Part shown: positions 25,009-35,781 of the stretch, piece by piece
How the letters are laid out: each line of letters opens with the position of its first letter
How positions within the stretch are numbered: position 1 is the stretch's first letter
Origin: an uncultured Clostridia bacterium
GTDB lineage: Bacteria; Bacillota; Clostridia; Oscillospirales; UBA644
Direction of reading: 5' to 3'
Length of the DNA stretch: 64,000 nt
Assembly: GCA_948443805.1 (NCBI GenBank)
Contig: CAOJUB010000005.1
Coordinates: forward strand, 8,393-72,392
Made by a program: the position numbers and the translations under genes
The notes under the pieces: model-generated
The model's database searches: none
What the model was told of the DNA's origin: nothing
The model's input: only the letters and a program-made list of their open reading frames with translations

Positions 25009-26448
25009 ATGAATCTGGATAAAGTCCATGAAGAATGCGGTGTTTTCGGCGTTTTCGGAAAGATGAACGACAATGTCGCGGCGACGGTATATTACGGTCT
25101 GTTTGCATTGCAGCACCGGGGGCAGGAAAGCTGCGGAATTGTCGTCAATGACGACGGCCTGTTCAAATCATATAAAGATACCGGTCTTGTCAACGATGTC
25201 TTTACGCCGCAGGTTCTTGAAGACCTAGGGCTCGGCAATATTGCCATCGGCCATGTCCGTTACGGTACGACCGGAAAAAACGACCGGGAGAATGCACAGC
25301 CGATTGTGGTGAACCATATCAAGGGCCGAATGGCGCTTGCGCATAATGGAAATCTGGTGAATTCTTCGGAATTGCGGGAAGAACTGGAACTGGGCGGTTC
25401 CATTTTTCATACGACAAGCGATACCGAAGTTATTTCTTATATTATTACAAAAGAACGGCTTACCGCTCCTTCAATCGAAGAGGCGGTAAATCGTGCTGTT
25501 AAGAGAATTAAGGGCGCATATTCTCTGGTTATTATGTCTCCTTCTAAATTGATCGCCGTCCGGGACCCGCACGGGTTTCGTCCGCTTTGCTACGGAAAGA
25601 CGCCGGACGGGCGGTATGTGGTCGCTTCGGAGACCTGTGCGCTGGATTCGGTCGGCGCTGTGCTGATCCGGGATTTGCTTCCGGGCGAAATTATTGTCTT
25701 CGATAAAGACGGGGTTCGTTCCCTTCAGGATAACTGCGGAAAAGAGAAGCCGTCTATGTGCGTGTTTGAATATATTTATTTTGCCCGGCCCGATTCGGTG
25801 CTTGACGGTTGTTCGGTACATGCCGCAAGGATTCGCGCCGGGAGGTTTCTTGCCAAGGCGCATCCGGTCGAAGCGGATATTGTAGTCGGCGTTCCCGATT
25901 CGGGAACCGATGCTGCGATCGGCTATGCGCAGGAGTCGGGGATTCCGTATTCGATGGGTTTTATTAAAAACAAATATATCGGCAGAACCTTTATTTCTCC
26001 CGGCCAGAAAAGCCGTGAGGATAAGGTAAAAATCAAACTGAATCCGATTTCCGAAAACGTGAAGGGAAAACGGGTCGTAATGATCGATGATTCTATCGTT
26101 CGGGGAACGACCAGCGCCAGAACGGTAAAATTGCTTCGCGACGCCGGCGCCAAAGAGGTTCATATGCGGGTTGCCGCGCCGCCGTTTGTGAATCCCTGCT
26201 ATTACGGAACCGATATCGATTCCAAAGAGCATCTGATTGCCTGCAAATATTCGGTGGAGGAAATCGGTAGGATCCTTGGCGTGGACAGCCTGGGGTATCT
26301 TCCGCTGGAAGACGCGGCGAGACTGGCCGACGGCTGCGGCGGATACTGCACCGCCTGTTTTGGCGGCGCTTACCCCACAGAAATTCCGAAAGGGTCGGCA
26401 AAGAGCCGTTTTGAACATAAAATCAGCGAAGGTTTTCAGGATGAATAG
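25009..26448 (+). CDS. purF: Amidophosphoribosyltransferase (with a short propeptide before the catalytic Cys)
   Basis: Start at the ATG at 25009. Motifs: ..HEECGVFGVFG.., ..LQHRGQESCGI.., ..HVRYGTTG.., the PRPP loop ..VVMIDDSIVRGTTS.., and C-terminal Fe-S Cys residues (..CYYGTD.., ..CTAC..). Confidence 0.9.
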   Translation: MNLDKVHEECGVFGVFGKMNDNVAATVYYGLFALQHRGQESCGIVVNDDGLFKSYKDTGLVNDVFTPQVLEDLGLGNIAIGHVRYGTTGKNDRENAQPIVVNHIKGRMALAHNGNLVNSSELREELELGGSIFHTTSDTEVISYIITKERLTAPSIEEAVNRAVKRIKGAYSLVIMSPSKLIAVRDPHGFRPLCYGKTPDGRYVVASETCALDSVGAVLIRDLLPGEIIVFDKDGVRSLQDNCGKEKPSMCVFEYIYFARPDSVLDGCSVHAARIRAGRFLAKAHPVEADIVVGVPDSGTDAAIGYAQESGIPYSMGFIKNKYIGRTFISPGQKSREDKVKIKLNPISENVKGKRVVMIDDSIVRGTTSARTVKLLRDAGAKEVHMRVAAPPFVNPCYYGTDIDSKEHLIACKYSVEEIGRILGVDSLGYLPLEDAARLADGCGGYCTACFGGAYPTEIPKGSAKSRFEHKISEGFQDE

Positions 26449-26504
26449 ACCGACGGAAAGACAAGCCGGGATGATCCGGATAACAGAAAGGTAGTGCTTG
26501 AAGA

Positions 26505-27539
26505 ATGAAGAGTTACAGCGAAAGCTATAAAGCCGCAGGCGTGGATATTACCGCCGGATATAAAGCGGTTGAATTGATGAAGAGCCATGTGGCGCGAACC
26601 ATGACGGACGGCGTGGTTTCCGATATCGGCGGATTCGGCGGTCTGTTTGCTCCCGATCTGGCGGGAATGAAACAGCCGGTTCTTGTCAGCGGAACCGACG
26701 GGGTGGGAACCAAACTGAAGCTTGCCTTTCTTTCGGATCGGCATCATACGGTCGGGATCGACTGTGTGGCAATGTGCGTCAATGATATTGTCTGCTGCGG
26801 AGCAAAGCCCTTGTTCTTTCTGGATTATATTGCGGTTGGAAAAAATGTTCCGGAACGTGTTGCCCAGATTGTTTCCGGCGTTGCCGAAGGATGCGTGCAG
26901 GCCGGCTGCGCCCTGATCGGCGGTGAAACGGCGGAAATGCCGGGGTTTTATCCGGAGGATGAATACGATCTTGCCGGTTTTTCGGTCGGAATTGCCGATA
27001 AAGAAAGAATCCCCGATATCAAGGCTATCCAGCCGGGTGATGTCATTCTTGCCCTTCCGTCCAGCGGCGTTCATTCCAACGGTTTTTCTCTGGTTCGCAA
27101 GGTTTTCGGGGAAACCATTGATTTCACGGCGCCGGTTGCCGAGCTCGGCGGAAAAACAGTCGGTGATGCGTTGATTGAACCGACGAAAATTTATGTAAAA
27201 CCGCTTCTTGCGCTCTTTAACGCCGGGTTGGTCAAGTCGGCGGCGCACATCACCGGCGGCGGATTTTATGAAAATATTCCGAGAAGCCTGCCGAAAGGAA
27301 TCGGGGCGAAAATTGAGGAAAAGGCGCTGAAAATTCTGCCGATATTTGATTTGATCGCGAAAACCGGGAATATTCCGCAGCGGGATATGTTCAATACCTA
27401 TAATATGGGCGTAGGGATGAGCGTTGTTGTCAGCCGGGAGAATGCCGACCGGGCGCTTTCGATTTTGAAAGAGAACGGAGAAAACGCATATCTCATCGGC
27501 GAGACGGTCGCTTCCGATAACGGAGTGGAAATATGCTGA
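26505..27539 (+). CDS. purM: Phosphoribosylformylglycinamidine cyclo-ligase (AIR synthetase)
   Basis: 344 aa with ..YKAAGVDI.., ..GGFGGLF.., ..[14 protein letters not shown].., ..[23 protein letters not shown].., ..[13 protein letters not shown]... Confidence 0.9.
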   Translation: MKSYSESYKAAGVDITAGYKAVELMKSHVARTMTDGVVSDIGGFGGLFAPDLAGMKQPVLVSGTDGVGTKLKLAFLSDRHHTVGIDCVAMCVNDIVCCGAKPLFFLDYIAVGKNVPERVAQIVSGVAEGCVQAGCALIGGETAEMPGFYPEDEYDLAGFSVGIADKERIPDIKAIQPGDVILALPSSGVHSNGFSLVRKVFGETIDFTAPVAELGGKTVGDALIEPTKIYVKPLLALFNAGLVKSAAHITGGGFYENIPRSLPKGIGAKIEEKALKILPIFDLIAKTGNIPQRDMFNTYNMGVGMSVVVSRENADRALSILKENGENAYLIGETVASDNGVEIC

Positions 27540-28165
27540 AAAAAAAGATCTGCGTGTTGGTTTCGGGCGGCGGAACCAATTTGCAGGCGCTCATCGACGC
27601 GCAGAACCGCGGGGAGATTCCCAATGGGGAAATTAGCTGTGTGTTTTCTTCAAAAGCCGGCGTCTACGCATTGAATCGGGCGGAGAAAAACGGAATCAAA
27701 ACGGTTGTGCTTCCCCGCGCGGATTATGCCGATAATCAGAGTTACAGTCGGGATCTTTTAAAAATTCTGCAGGAAGAACAGGCCGATTTGATTGTTTACG
27801 CCGGTTTTATGGTGATTCTTGACCGGTGCGTCTGCGAAGCGTTTCCGAACCGGATGATGAATGTTCATCCAGCGTTGATTCCTTCTTTCTGCGGAAAGGG
27901 ATTTTATGGGCTTCATGTGCATGAGGCCGCGCTGAAAAGCGGAGTGAAGGTGACCGGCGCAACCGTTCATTTTGTGACGGATGTTTGCGATGGCGGACCG
28001 ATTATTTTACAGAAAGCGGTTGCTGTTCAGACCGGCGATACACCCGAAACGCTTCAGCGCCGTGTGATGGAGGAGGCGGAGTGGGAGATTTTGCCCCGCG
28101 CCGTCAGCCTTTTCTGTGACGAACGGATTTTTATTGAAAACGGGAACGCATATATAAAAGAATAA
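27533..28165 (+). CDS. purN: Phosphoribosylglycinamide formyltransferase
   Basis: 210 aa with ..[15 protein letters not shown].., ..[12 protein letters not shown].., ..[17 protein letters not shown]... The start overlaps the purM stop. Confidence 0.9.
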   Translation: MLKKKICVLVSGGGTNLQALIDAQNRGEIPNGEISCVFSSKAGVYALNRAEKNGIKTVVLPRADYADNQSYSRDLLKILQEEQADLIVYAGFMVILDRCVCEAFPNRMMNVHPALIPSFCGKGFYGLHVHEAALKSGVKVTGATVHFVTDVCDGGPIILQKAVAVQTGDTPETLQRRVMEEAEWEILPRAVSLFCDERIFIENGNAYIKE

Positions 28166-28185
28166 GTATGGGGGAAGAGTACGAC

Positions 28186-28899
28186 ATGAAAATGACGAAC
28201 GTATATGATTATTTATCGCAGCGGGATTATCCCGGCAGAGGGATTATTCTCGGAAAATCCGAAAACGCCAAGTTTGCCGTCTGCGCTTATTTTATTATGG
28301 GGCGCAGTGAAAATTCCCGCAACCGTGTGTTTGAAGCTACGGCGGACGGAATTCGGACAAAAGCGTTTGATCCGGCAAAGTTGACGGATCCGCATCTGAT
28401 TATTTATTCTCCCGTTCGGGTTCTCGGCAACAAAACGATTGTGACAAACGGAGATCAGACCGATACGATTTTTGATTTGATGGACAAACAGCAGACCTTT
28501 GAACAGGCGCTCCGCACCCGGGAGTTTGAAGATGACGCACCCAATTATACGCCGAGAATTTCCGGTATTATGCATATTGAAAACGGCGCTTATAACTATG
28601 CGCTTTCCATTCTGAAATCGGCCGATGGCAATCCGGATTCTTGCCAGCGTTTCACCTATACCTATACCGCGCCGGAAAACGGCTGCGGGCATATTATCCA
28701 TACTTATTCGGCCAACGGGAATCCGCTTCCGAGTTTTTGCGGCGAACCGGTCAAGGTGAATATTCCCGATTCGATCGAAGCCTTTACGGAGGGGTTGTGG
28801 AAGAGCCTGAACAATGAAAATAAAATTTCGCTTTTTGTCCGCTATATCGACCTTGCTTCCGGCCGTTTTGAGGATCGGATTAAAAACAAGAATCAGTAA
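28186..28899 (+). CDS. IMP cyclohydrolase-like protein (archaeal PurO-type fold)
   Basis: Start preferred at the ATG at 28186 (SD GGGGGAAGAG 7 nt upstream); 28168 is also possible. ..YPGRGIILGKS.., ..YFIMGRSENSRNR.., ..IVTNGDQTD.., ..YTPRISG.. resemble PurO-family cyclohydrolases. It sits directly before an AICARFT-only gene. Confidence 0.65.
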   Translation: MKMTNVYDYLSQRDYPGRGIILGKSENAKFAVCAYFIMGRSENSRNRVFEATADGIRTKAFDPAKLTDPHLIIYSPVRVLGNKTIVTNGDQTDTIFDLMDKQQTFEQALRTREFEDDAPNYTPRISGIMHIENGAYNYALSILKSADGNPDSCQRFTYTYTAPENGCGHIIHTYSANGNPLPSFCGEPVKVNIPDSIEAFTEGLWKSLNNENKISLFVRYIDLASGRFEDRIKNKNQ

Positions 28900-28947
28900 T
28901 TGTTTCCCTGCAGAACAGAAGAAGAAAAGAAAGGAATTCTCCGAACT

Positions 28948-30129
28948 ATGAAAGAATTTGAATTAAAATACGGATGCAATCCGAACCAGAAACCTTCGAG
29001 AATTTATATGGACGGAAAAGAACTGCCGATTGAGATTTTAAACGGCCGTCCGGGATATATTAATTTTCTGGACGCTTTTAACAGCTGGCAGTTGGTAAAA
29101 GAATTGAAGGAAGCGCTCGGCATGCCTGCCGCAACGTCTTTTAAGCATGTCAGCCCGACTTCCGCAGCGGTAGGCCGCGTCCTTTCTCCTGAACTGAAAA
29201 AGGCCTGTTTTGTCGATGATTTTGAGGATCTTGATTCCTCGCTCCTTGCCTCGGCTTATGCGCGGGCGCGGGGAACCGACCGGATGTCTTCTTTCGGCGA
29301 TTGGATTGCACTGAGCGAGAAATGCGATGTCATTACGGCGAAATTGATTCAGCGCGAAGTTTCCGACGGTGTGATTGCTCCCGATTATGAGCCGGAAGCG
29401 CTTGCCATTCTGAAAACCAAGAAAAAAGGCAATTACAATATCGTAAAAATTGATCCCTCCTATATTCCTGAGCCGATTGAAAGAAAACAGGTTTACGGGA
29501 TTACCTTTGAGCAGGGAAGAAACGATTTTAAAATTGACGCTTCTTTGTTGGAGAATGTCGTTACTGAAAATAAAAATATTCCTGACGATGCAAAACGAGA
29601 TTTGATTATTGCTTTGATTACCCTGAAATATACGCAGTCGAATTCTGTTTGCTTTGCTGCCGACGGACAGGCTATCGGTGTCGGCGCCGGGCAGCAGTCG
29701 AGAATCCACTGCACCCGTTTGGCCGGAAACAAGGCGGATTTGTGGCATCTGCGGCAGCATCCGAGAGTTCTTGCCCTGCCGTTTTTGGAAACGCTCGGCA
29801 GACCTGATCGGGACAATGTGATTGACGTTTATCTCTCAGAAGATTCCGACGATGTTCTTGCCGACGGTATGTGGCAGCAGTATTTCTCTGTGAAGCCTGA
29901 AGCCTTTACAAAAGAAGAAAAACGGGCCTATCTTGCGGGCATTACCGGCGTGGCGCTCGGCAGCGATGCGTTTTTCCCCTTCGGCGATAACATCGACCGG
30001 GCGGCAAAGAGCGGCGTATCCTATATTGCCGAACCCGGCGGTTCGATCCGTGACAGTTTGGTGATTGAAGCCTGCAATAAGTATAATATTGCAATGGCCT
30101 TTACCGGCATGCGCCTTTTCCACCATTAA
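28948..30129 (+). CDS. purH: AICAR formyltransferase (PurH C-terminal domain only; no MGS-like cyclohydrolase domain)
   Basis: Start at the ATG at 28948. Motifs: ..ELKYGCNPNQK.., ..SFKHVSPTSAAVG.., ..TLKYTQSNSVCFA.., ..GVGAGQQSRIHCTRLA.., ..LGSDAFFPFGDNID.., ..IAEPGGSIRD... Confidence 0.8.
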   Translation: MKEFELKYGCNPNQKPSRIYMDGKELPIEILNGRPGYINFLDAFNSWQLVKELKEALGMPAATSFKHVSPTSAAVGRVLSPELKKACFVDDFEDLDSSLLASAYARARGTDRMSSFGDWIALSEKCDVITAKLIQREVSDGVIAPDYEPEALAILKTKKKGNYNIVKIDPSYIPEPIERKQVYGITFEQGRNDFKIDASLLENVVTENKNIPDDAKRDLIIALITLKYTQSNSVCFAADGQAIGVGAGQQSRIHCTRLAGNKADLWHLRQHPRVLALPFLETLGRPDRDNVIDVYLSEDSDDVLADGMWQQYFSVKPEAFTKEEKRAYLAGITGVALGSDAFFPFGDNIDRAAKSGVSYIAEPGGSIRDSLVIEACNKYNIAMAFTGMRLFHH

Positions 30130-30250
30130 GTTTTTTTTGAGAGAACCGATGACAAGGTTTTATGCTTGACATCGGTTTTTCTCTCCGGCAATCCGGCTAT
30201 CGGCACTCCGGATTTATTTTTATTGTATAGCGAAAGGAAATCTGACGGAT

Positions 30251-31537
30251 ATGAAAGTGATGGTTGTCGGCGGCGGCGGCCGCGAACATGCGATTATTGA
30301 TAAATTAAAGGAAAATAAAGAAATTACGAGCATTTATGCGCTGCCTGGGAACGGCGGCATTTCGGTTGACGCGGTTTGTGTGAATATCGGCGCGAAGGAT
30401 ATCGATAAAATTGTTTCTTTTGCTCGGGAAGAAAAAATTGATTATGCCGTCGTCGCGCCTGACGATCCGTTGGTTTTGGGTTGCGTAGACGCGCTGCAGG
30501 CGCATGGCATTCCCTGTTTCGGCCCGTCGAAAGCCGCCGCGCAGATTGAGGGAAGCAAGGTTTTCGCGAAAAATCTGATGAAAAAATATCACATTCCTAC
30601 GGCTGAATACCGGGTGTTCGATTCGGCGGAAGCCGCGAAAGAATATCTTCGGGAAGCGCCGCTTCCGACCGTTATCAAAGCAGACGGACTGGCTCTCGGC
30701 AAGGGCGTTATCATTGCCAATACCCGGGAGGAAGCGTTGGACGCGGTTTCTTCGCTGATGGAAGATAAAATTTTCGGCGCAAGCGGAAACCGGATTGTGA
30801 TTGAGGAATTTCTTACGGGGCCGGAGGTTTCGGTTCTTTCTTTTACCGATGGGGAAACGGTGGTTCCGATGGTTTCTTCGATGGATCACAAACGTGCGCT
30901 TGACGGCGATAAAGGGCTGAATACCGGAGGGATGGGAACCGTCGCGCCCAATCCTTTTTATACCAAAAAGATTGCGGCCGAATGCATGGAAACGATTTTT
31001 CTTCCGACTGTCCGCGCCATGAAGGCGGAAGGCTGTCCCTTTAAAGGCTGCCTGTATTTCGGGCTGATGCTGACGGAAAAGGGTCCGAAGGTGATCGAAT
31101 ATAACTGCCGTTTCGGCGATCCGGAAACGCAGGTTGTGCTGCCGCTGCTGAAAAGCGATCTGTTCGATATTATGCGTGCGGTAACCGAAGGGAGTCTCAG
31201 AGATGTTGCCGTTGAGTTTGATGATAAAGCCGCCTGCTGTGTTGTGATGGCGTCGGACGGCTATCCAAAACAATACCGGACGGGATTTGAAATCCGGATG
31301 TCGGCCGGAGAACCGGGCTGTAAAGTATTCTTTGCCGGTGTAAAAACGGACGGCGGAAAACTGTATACGGCCGGAGGCCGGGTTTTGGGCCTGACGGCAA
31401 CGGCGGCAACGCTGCCCGCCGCTGTGAAGAAGGCGTACAGTTGCCTTTCCAATTTGTCTTTTGAAAATGCTTTTTACCGGAAAGATATCGGGCAGAAAGC
31501 CATTTCTGTTCTGGAACAAAACGCCGATGAAGCGTGA
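30251..31537 (+). CDS. purD: Phosphoribosylamine-glycine ligase
   Basis: 428 aa with MKVMVVGGGGREHAI.., ..VIKADGLALGKGV.., ..IEEFLTGPEVS.., ..DHKRALDGDKGLNTGGMG.., ..VIEYNCRFGDPETQ... Confidence 0.9.
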   Translation: MKVMVVGGGGREHAIIDKLKENKEITSIYALPGNGGISVDAVCVNIGAKDIDKIVSFAREEKIDYAVVAPDDPLVLGCVDALQAHGIPCFGPSKAAAQIEGSKVFAKNLMKKYHIPTAEYRVFDSAEAAKEYLREAPLPTVIKADGLALGKGVIIANTREEALDAVSSLMEDKIFGASGNRIVIEEFLTGPEVSVLSFTDGETVVPMVSSMDHKRALDGDKGLNTGGMGTVAPNPFYTKKIAAECMETIFLPTVRAMKAEGCPFKGCLYFGLMLTEKGPKVIEYNCRFGDPETQVVLPLLKSDLFDIMRAVTEGSLRDVAVEFDDKAACCVVMASDGYPKQYRTGFEIRMSAGEPGCKVFFAGVKTDGGKLYTAGGRVLGLTATAATLPAAVKKAYSCLSNLSFENAFYRKDIGQKAISVLEQNADEA

Positions 31538-31615
31538 TTCCGAAAACGGTCTATATTCTGAAAGAAAGGACGTCTTCGCCGCCGGCAGAACGGCGCGGGG
31601 ACAGGGGTGTTATCT

Positions 31616-34600
31616 ATGGTTTACCGTGTTTATTCCGAGAAGAAAAAAGGCCTGAACAATGAAGCGGAAGCGCTTCTTCACGAGCTGAAAAATTTTCTCG
31701 GCGTTTCTTCCGTTACCGGCGTTCGTCTTTTGAACCGGTATGATGTGGAAAATATTGATAAAGATTTGTTTGAATACTGCAAGACCGCTGTTTTTTCGGA
31801 ACCGCAGCAGGACAACGTTTACGAAGAGGTTTCTTTGGACGGCGATTATGTGGTCGGCGTCGAGTACCTTCCGGGACAGTTCGATCAGCGCGCCGATTCC
31901 GCGGCGCAGTGTATTCAGCTGATTTCCCAAAGCGACCGGCCGATGGTAAGAACCGCGAAAATCTATCTTTTCCGAGGGGATTTTTCGGCCGGCGAGAAAG
32001 AAAAAATAGAAAAATATCTGATTAACCCTGTGGAAAGCCGGAAGGCGTCGCTGAAAAAACCGGAAACGCTGGCTGTGGAATATGCGCTGCCTGAAACGGT
32101 GGAGACGGTCGCCGGCTTTCTGGATCTTGACAGACCCGGTCTGGAAAAATTGATCGCGGCGCGCGGTTTTGCAATGGATTTGAACGATATTCTCTTTTGC
32201 CAGCAGTATTTTGCCGGTGAAAAGCGCGATCCGACAATCACGGAACTGAAAATGATCGATACGTATTGGTCGGATCACTGCCGCCATACGACCTTTTTGA
32301 CGACGATTGACAAGATTTCTTTTGAAGATTCTCTGTTGCAGGAGGCGTATGAAGAATATCTTGCAACGAGAGAATTCCTAGGCGTAAAGAAGCCGGTTAA
32401 TCTGATGGATATGGCGACGGTTGGCGTCAAATATCTGAAAAAGACCGGAAAACTGGAAAAGCTTGACGAATCGGACGAAATTAACGCCTGTACCGTAAAA
32501 ATTACCGTGCAGACCGACCGCGGGCCGGAAGACTGGCTGCTGTTATTTAAAAATGAAACGCATAACCATCCGACGGAGATCGAGCCGTTCGGCGGCGCGG
32601 CGACCTGTATCGGCGGTGCGATCCGCGATCCGCTTTCGGGCCGAAGCTATGTTTATGCGGCCATGCGGGTTACCGGCGGCGCCGATCCGCTTCGTCCGGT
32701 AGACCAGACGCTGCCTGGAAAGCTTCCGCAGAAAAAAATTGTAACGACTGCTGCCGCAGGATATAGTTCCTATGGCAATCAGATCGGGCTTGCAACCGGT
32801 CAGGTTGATGAAATTTATCATGACGGATATGCTGCCAAACGGATGGAAATCGGCGCGGTTGTGGCGGCTGCTCCCGCTGAGAATGTCCGCCGTCAGGAAC
32901 CGGTTCCCGGCGATGTGGTGATTCTTCTTGGAGGAAAAACCGGACGCGACGGATGCGGCGGTGCGACCGGTTCGTCAAAATCGCACAATCTTTCTTCGCT
33001 GGAAAACTGCGGCGCGGAAGTGCAGAAGGGAAATGCGCCGGAGGAACGGAAACTCCAGCGGCTTTTCCGGAATAAAGAAGCTTCGCTTTTGATTAAACGC
33101 TGCAATGATTTCGGTGCGGGCGGTGTTTCGGTTGCTATCGGTGAACTGGCCGATGGGCTGATGATCGATCTGGATCTGGTTCCGAAGAAATATGAGGGGC
33201 TTGACGGTACGGAACTGGCGATCAGCGAATCGCAGGAACGGATGGCGGTTGTTGTGGAACCCAAAGATGTGGAACGTTTCCGGGCGCTTGCTGCGGAAGA
33301 GAATATCGAAGCGACGGTTGTGGCAACGGTCAGCGAGGAAAAACGCCTTGTGATGAAATGGAAAGGAAACATTATTGTTGATATTTCCCGTGAATTCCTG
33401 AATTCCAACGGAGCAGAAAAACATACGGAAGTGATTCTTTCCGCCCCCCAGCCGTTTGCAAAAACGGTATCCGGCAGTTTTGAAGAACAGTACCGGAACC
33501 TGGCCGCCGATCTGAATGTTTGTTCCCGGCGGGGACTGAGCGAACGTTTCGATTCGACCATCGGCGCGGGAACGGTTCTGATGCCGTTCGGCGGAAAATA
33601 TCAGCAGACGCCGATTCAGGCGATGGCGCATAAAATCTCGCTGGAACACGGCGATACTTCGACCTGCTCGGTCATGGCATGGGGATACAATCCGTTTATC
33701 ACCGAAAAATCGCCGTATCACGGCGCGTATCTTGCGGTGGTGGAATCGCTTTGTAAGCTGGTGGCCTCCGGCGCGTCCTTCACCGATGTTTATCTTTCAT
33801 TCCAGGAATATTTTGAAAAACCCATGTCGGATCCCCGCCGTTGGGGCAAGCCGGTTGCGGCTGTTTTGGGCGCGTTTAAGGCGCAGAAGGATTTTGGCGT
33901 GGCCTCGATCGGCGGAAAAGATTCCATGAGCGGAAGCTTTGAAAATCTGGACGTTCCGCCTACGCTGGTTTCGTTTGCTGTTACCACCGAAGACATCGAT
34001 CACATTCTTTCTCCGGAACTGAAAGGCGCGGGGCATTCTGTTTATCTGCTGAAGCCGGAGCAGAATAAGGACGGTTTGCCGGATGCGGAATCGTTAAAGA
34101 ATGTTTTTGCCCGCGTTTCCTCTCTGGTTCAGAAAAAACAGGCGTTGGCGGTGTATACGCCTGGTTACGGCGGCATTGCCGAGGGTGTGATGAAAATGTG
34201 TTTCGGCAACGGAATCGGTTTCCGTTATGCGGATTCTCTGTCCGAAGATATTTTCGGTTACTGTTACGGCGGGTTTCTTGTGGAAACCGAGACGGCGCTT
34301 TCGGACGCGCTGCTTCTTGGAACGACTACCGATATCGGGCGGATCGAAAAAGACGGAAAAGCCGTTTCGCTTGCCGACCTTCTTTCGGTTTATGAAAATA
34401 AATTGGAATCGGTATATCCCTGTAATATCGATCAGACGGTAGCAGAAACGCCGAATCTTGCCTATGCGGCGGATCAGCGGCATGCGCCTGCGATCAAAGC
34501 GGCAAGACCGAAGGCTGTCATTCCGGTATTTCCCGGAACCAACTGTGAATATGATACGGCGAAAGCGCTGGAAAAGGCCGGTGCGGAAAGCGAGATCGTG

Positions 34601-35302
34601 GTAATCCGCAACCTGACGCCTCAGGCGGTTTCGGAATCGGTGGATTATTTTGCAAAAGCGCTGGAAAAGGCAAATATCGTCTTTATCCCCGGCGGTTTTT
34701 CGGGCGGAGACGAGCCGGAAGGGTCGGGAAAATTTATTACCGCTTTTTTCCGAAACGACAGTATCCGGGAAAGGGTAACCGATTTGCTGGAAAACCGGGA
34801 CGGTTTGATGGCCGGAATCTGCAACGGTTTTCAGGCGCTGATTAAACTCGGCCTGGTGCCTTACGGAAAAATTGTTGACACCGATGAAACCTGCCCGACA
34901 CTGACTTTTAATGTGATTGGCCGGCATCAGTCAAGACTTGTCAGAACCCGGGTTGCCTCGAACAAATCCCCGTGGCTTGCTGCAACGGAGCCCGGAGAAG
35001 TATATACCGTTCCGATTTCCCACGGAGAGGGCCGGTTTATTGCTTCCGATGAATTACTGGCGCAGCTTGCCGGGAACGGGCAGATCGCCACGCAGTATGC
35101 CGATCTTTCCGGAAATGCTACGGGCGATATCCGCTTTAATCCGAACGGCTCTTTCTGGGCGGTTGAGGGAATCACTTCACCGGACGGCAGGGTCTTTGGA
35201 AAGATGGGACATTCCGAACGGATCGGAAACGGATTGTATAAAAATGTGGACGGACAGTACGATATGGGATTGTTTACCTCTGCTGTCAAGTATTTTCAAT
35301 AA
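31616..35302 (+). CDS. purL: Phosphoribosylformylglycinamidine synthase, single-chain large form (PurL with a fused glutaminase domain)
   Basis: Start at the ATG at 31616 (SD ACAGGGG). About 1228 aa. Motifs: ..DTYWSDHCRHTTF.., ..ETHNHPTEIEPFGGAATC.., ..GGKDSMSG.., and a C-terminal triad amidotransferase region (..GICNGFQAL.., ..HGEGRF..). Confidence 0.9.
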   Translation: MVYRVYSEKKKGLNNEAEALLHELKNFLGVSSVTGVRLLNRYDVENIDKDLFEYCKTAVFSEPQQDNVYEEVSLDGDYVVGVEYLPGQFDQRADSAAQCIQLISQSDRPMVRTAKIYLFRGDFSAGEKEKIEKYLINPVESRKASLKKPETLAVEYALPETVETVAGFLDLDRPGLEKLIAARGFAMDLNDILFCQQYFAGEKRDPTITELKMIDTYWSDHCRHTTFLTTIDKISFEDSLLQEAYEEYLATREFLGVKKPVNLMDMATVGVKYLKKTGKLEKLDESDEINACTVKITVQTDRGPEDWLLLFKNETHNHPTEIEPFGGAATCIGGAIRDPLSGRSYVYAAMRVTGGADPLRPVDQTLPGKLPQKKIVTTAAAGYSSYGNQIGLATGQVDEIYHDGYAAKRMEIGAVVAAAPAENVRRQEPVPGDVVILLGGKTGRDGCGGATGSSKSHNLSSLENCGAEVQKGNAPEERKLQRLFRNKEASLLIKRCNDFGAGGVSVAIGELADGLMIDLDLVPKKYEGLDGTELAISESQERMAVVVEPKDVERFRALAAEENIEATVVATVSEEKRLVMKWKGNIIVDISREFLNSNGAEKHTEVILSAPQPFAKTVSGSFEEQYRNLAADLNVCSRRGLSERFDSTIGAGTVLMPFGGKYQQTPIQAMAHKISLEHGDTSTCSVMAWGYNPFITEKSPYHGAYLAVVESLCKLVASGASFTDVYLSFQEYFEKPMSDPRRWGKPVAAVLGAFKAQKDFGVASIGGKDSMSGSFENLDVPPTLVSFAVTTEDIDHILSPELKGAGHSVYLLKPEQNKDGLPDAESLKNVFARVSSLVQKKQALAVYTPGYGGIAEGVMKMCFGNGIGFRYADSLSEDIFGYCYGGFLVETETALSDALLLGTTTDIGRIEKDGKAVSLADLLSVYENKLESVYPCNIDQTVAETPNLAYAADQRHAPAIKAARPKAVIPVFPGTNCEYDTAKALEKAGAESEIVVIRNLTPQAVSESVDYFAKALEKANIVFIPGGFSGGDEPEGSGKFITAFFRNDSIRERVTDLLENRDGLMAGICNGFQALIKLGLVPYGKIVDTDETCPTLTFNVIGRHQSRLVRTRVASNKSPWLAATEPGEVYTVPISHGEGRFIASDELLAQLAGNGQIATQYADLSGNATGDIRFNPNGSFWAVEGITSPDGRVFGKMGHSERIGNGLYKNVDGQYDMGLFTSAVKYFQ

Positions 35303-35350
35303 AAAGAAAGAAGCCGGCGAAAAATCCGCAGGCTTCTTTCTTTGTCTGTT
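35303..35350 (+). terminator. Intrinsic terminator of the pur operon
   Basis: AAAGAAAGAAGCC (35303-35315) / GGCTTCTTTCTTT (35331-35343) forms a 13-bp stem immediately after the purL stop, with a T-rich tail. Confidence 0.75.
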
Positions 35351-35463
35351 TGTGTTTTCGGATCGATGGCTGGATTTTGGGTTCGGAAAACAGCGCGCCC
35401 GGCGGTTGCGGAAAAGCACGCTGCGGTTGGTTGACTTTTTTTATGGATGCTGATATACTGTAA

Positions 35464-35781
35464 ATGCTGTCTATGTTGAATGCTCTGTCTAAAGCAGAAA
35501 TTATCCAGCAAATGCAGATTGCCTATGAATATTTTATTGTAGAAAATAAAGATGTTAATTTTTCGTTCCCCATATTGATATTGGTGGGTGAGAAAGACAG
35601 CACAGGCAAGGTTAAGGCATATTGCAAAGAATGGGCAAAGCAAACAGGTTATCCTTTGCATTTTATAAAACAGGCAAAGCATTTTTCCAATGGAGATAAT
35701 CCAGAGCAAGTCAATAAGGAAATAGAAAACTTTATTATTGATACTGTATACCAAGAAAGGAAAAATCATAATGCATTATGA
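35464..35781 (+). pseudogene. 5'-truncated alpha/beta-hydrolase gene remnant (C-terminal third only)
   Basis: The 105-aa ORF begins right after an in-frame stop. It matches only the C-terminal part of alpha/beta hydrolases (..FPILILVGEKD.., ..KHFSNGDNPEQVNKEIENFI.., where H is the triad His position). No nucleophile-elbow GxSxG region is present. Confidence 0.45.
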
